Below, one piece after another: positions 63,301 through 64,000 of a DNA stretch of 64,000 bases. The DNA is taken from the NCBI GenBank assembly GCA_013286385.1, contig JABDFU010000001.1, forward strand, positions 39,730 through 103,729, in the 5' to 3' direction. The position numbers and the translations under genes were made by a program. The notes under the pieces are model-generated. The model saw only the letters and a list, made by a program, of their open reading frames with translations, ran no database searches and was not told the origin of the DNA. How positions within the stretch are numbered: the stretch's first letter is position 1; every line of letters begins with the position of its first letter. This stretch comes from Bacteroidota bacterium (GTDB taxonomy: Bacteria > Bacteroidota > Bacteroidia > JABDFU01).

Positions 63301-64000
63301 ACCGACGCTAACGGTTGCGCCTCCATGCCTCAATCGGTAACGATTACCGTAAATCCTCCGCTGTCACTGGTTGCCCAAAGTCCTCCATTTGTATGTCCCG
63401 GAATAACGGTAAACCTTACCAGTGAGGCTACAGGAGGTGATGGAACTTATAGCTATACCTGGTTGACCAAGCCCAATCAAACCACACAGGGTATTTCGGT
63501 GGACGCTACAGTTGCCCAAACCTATACTGTTCTGGTCAATGACAATTGCGGAACTCCTCCGGATACGGTGCAGGTTCATGTAGGAGTGAATCCGGTGCCG
63601 GTTGTAAATTTTACGGCTGATAAAACGGCCGGTTGTCCCTTGCTTTGCGTAAATTTTACAGACAAAAGTACGGTGACTTCGGGTACCGTTGCCAGTTGGA
63701 GCTGGGGCTTCGGAAATGACAGTACTTCTGCCGTGCAGAATGCTTCGAGTTGTTTTAAAACAGGAATTTACAGCGTCTGGCTGAAAGCAACCAGCAATCT
63801 GGGCTGTTCAGCCATCGACACGATTAAGAATATGATCACCGTGTATGCTGATCCGGTTGCGGCCTTTACAACCAACCCTCTGGCTGCGACTGTTGTAGCC
63901 CCTACCTATTACTTTATGGATCAATCCACTACACCCATTGGAAGGATAGTCAGATGGTCCTGGACTTTTGCTGATCCGACAAGTGATGTTTTGGACACCC
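60364..64000 (+). CDS. Very large secreted adhesin-like protein (N-terminal part; 3' end outside the window) with SprB-type repeats and PKD domains
   Basis: Not in the supplied ORF track. I translated every codon of the frame from ATG 60364 (preceded by in-frame TAA 60340-42) to 63999 and found no stop. Signal '[18 protein letters not shown]'. PKD '[39 protein letters not shown]'. Six SprB-type units such as '[53 protein letters not shown]'. Confidence 0.85.
   Translation, partial: [1212 protein letters not shown]

Overview
This 64-kb window looks like a Bacteroidota chromosome. That is an inference from several proteins ending in T9SS type-A or type-B C-terminal sorting domains, SprB-type repeats, TAnnTTTG -7 boxes, and ddl / standalone-PASTA / rluD synteny. 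Nearly all of it is coding, and no transposase, integrase, CRISPR array or rRNA is visible. Layout: (1) 1-23.7 kb is a large, visibly A+T-richer surface-glycan locus in two divergent operons. It holds about 11 glycosyltransferases (two of them GT9), WecB, an AsnB-type amidotransferase, a Wzy-like polymerase, two methyltransferases and four O-acyltransferase-type genes. (2) 23.8-26.8 kb holds an OmpA-family protein and a Fic enzyme with an intramolecular inhibitory motif. (3) 26.8-34.0 kb is a four-gene operon of secreted proteins that I cannot place in any named family. It contains a two-domain beta-rich protein with PapD-chaperone-like organisation. It also has a 316-aa subunit-like protein bracketed by its own promoter and terminator. 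The third gene encodes a 461-aa protein made of two tandem copies of that subunit domain. The fourth encodes a 1204-aa outer-membrane beta-barrel-like protein ending in a SPOR-like domain. This chaperone-usher-like parts list is my best candidate for the undescribed system. (4) 34-47.5 kb is housekeeping: rdgB, an unusual tandem double Ddl fusion, PASTA protein, rluD, M42 peptidase, RCK K+ channel, RmlD-like reductase and miaE, interleaved with T9SS cargo genes and a relic of a DUF4143 ATPase gene. (5) 47.5-64 kb holds two more large T9SS cargo genes, a CapD/WbpM-like dehydratase, gcvT, a START-like/PAP2/GT39 envelope-remodelling operon and a tRNA(CAT). A signal-peptide ORF of more than 1212 codons (60364 to the window end) is absent from the supplied ORF track. 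All functional calls rest on motif recognition by eye; no database search was possible.
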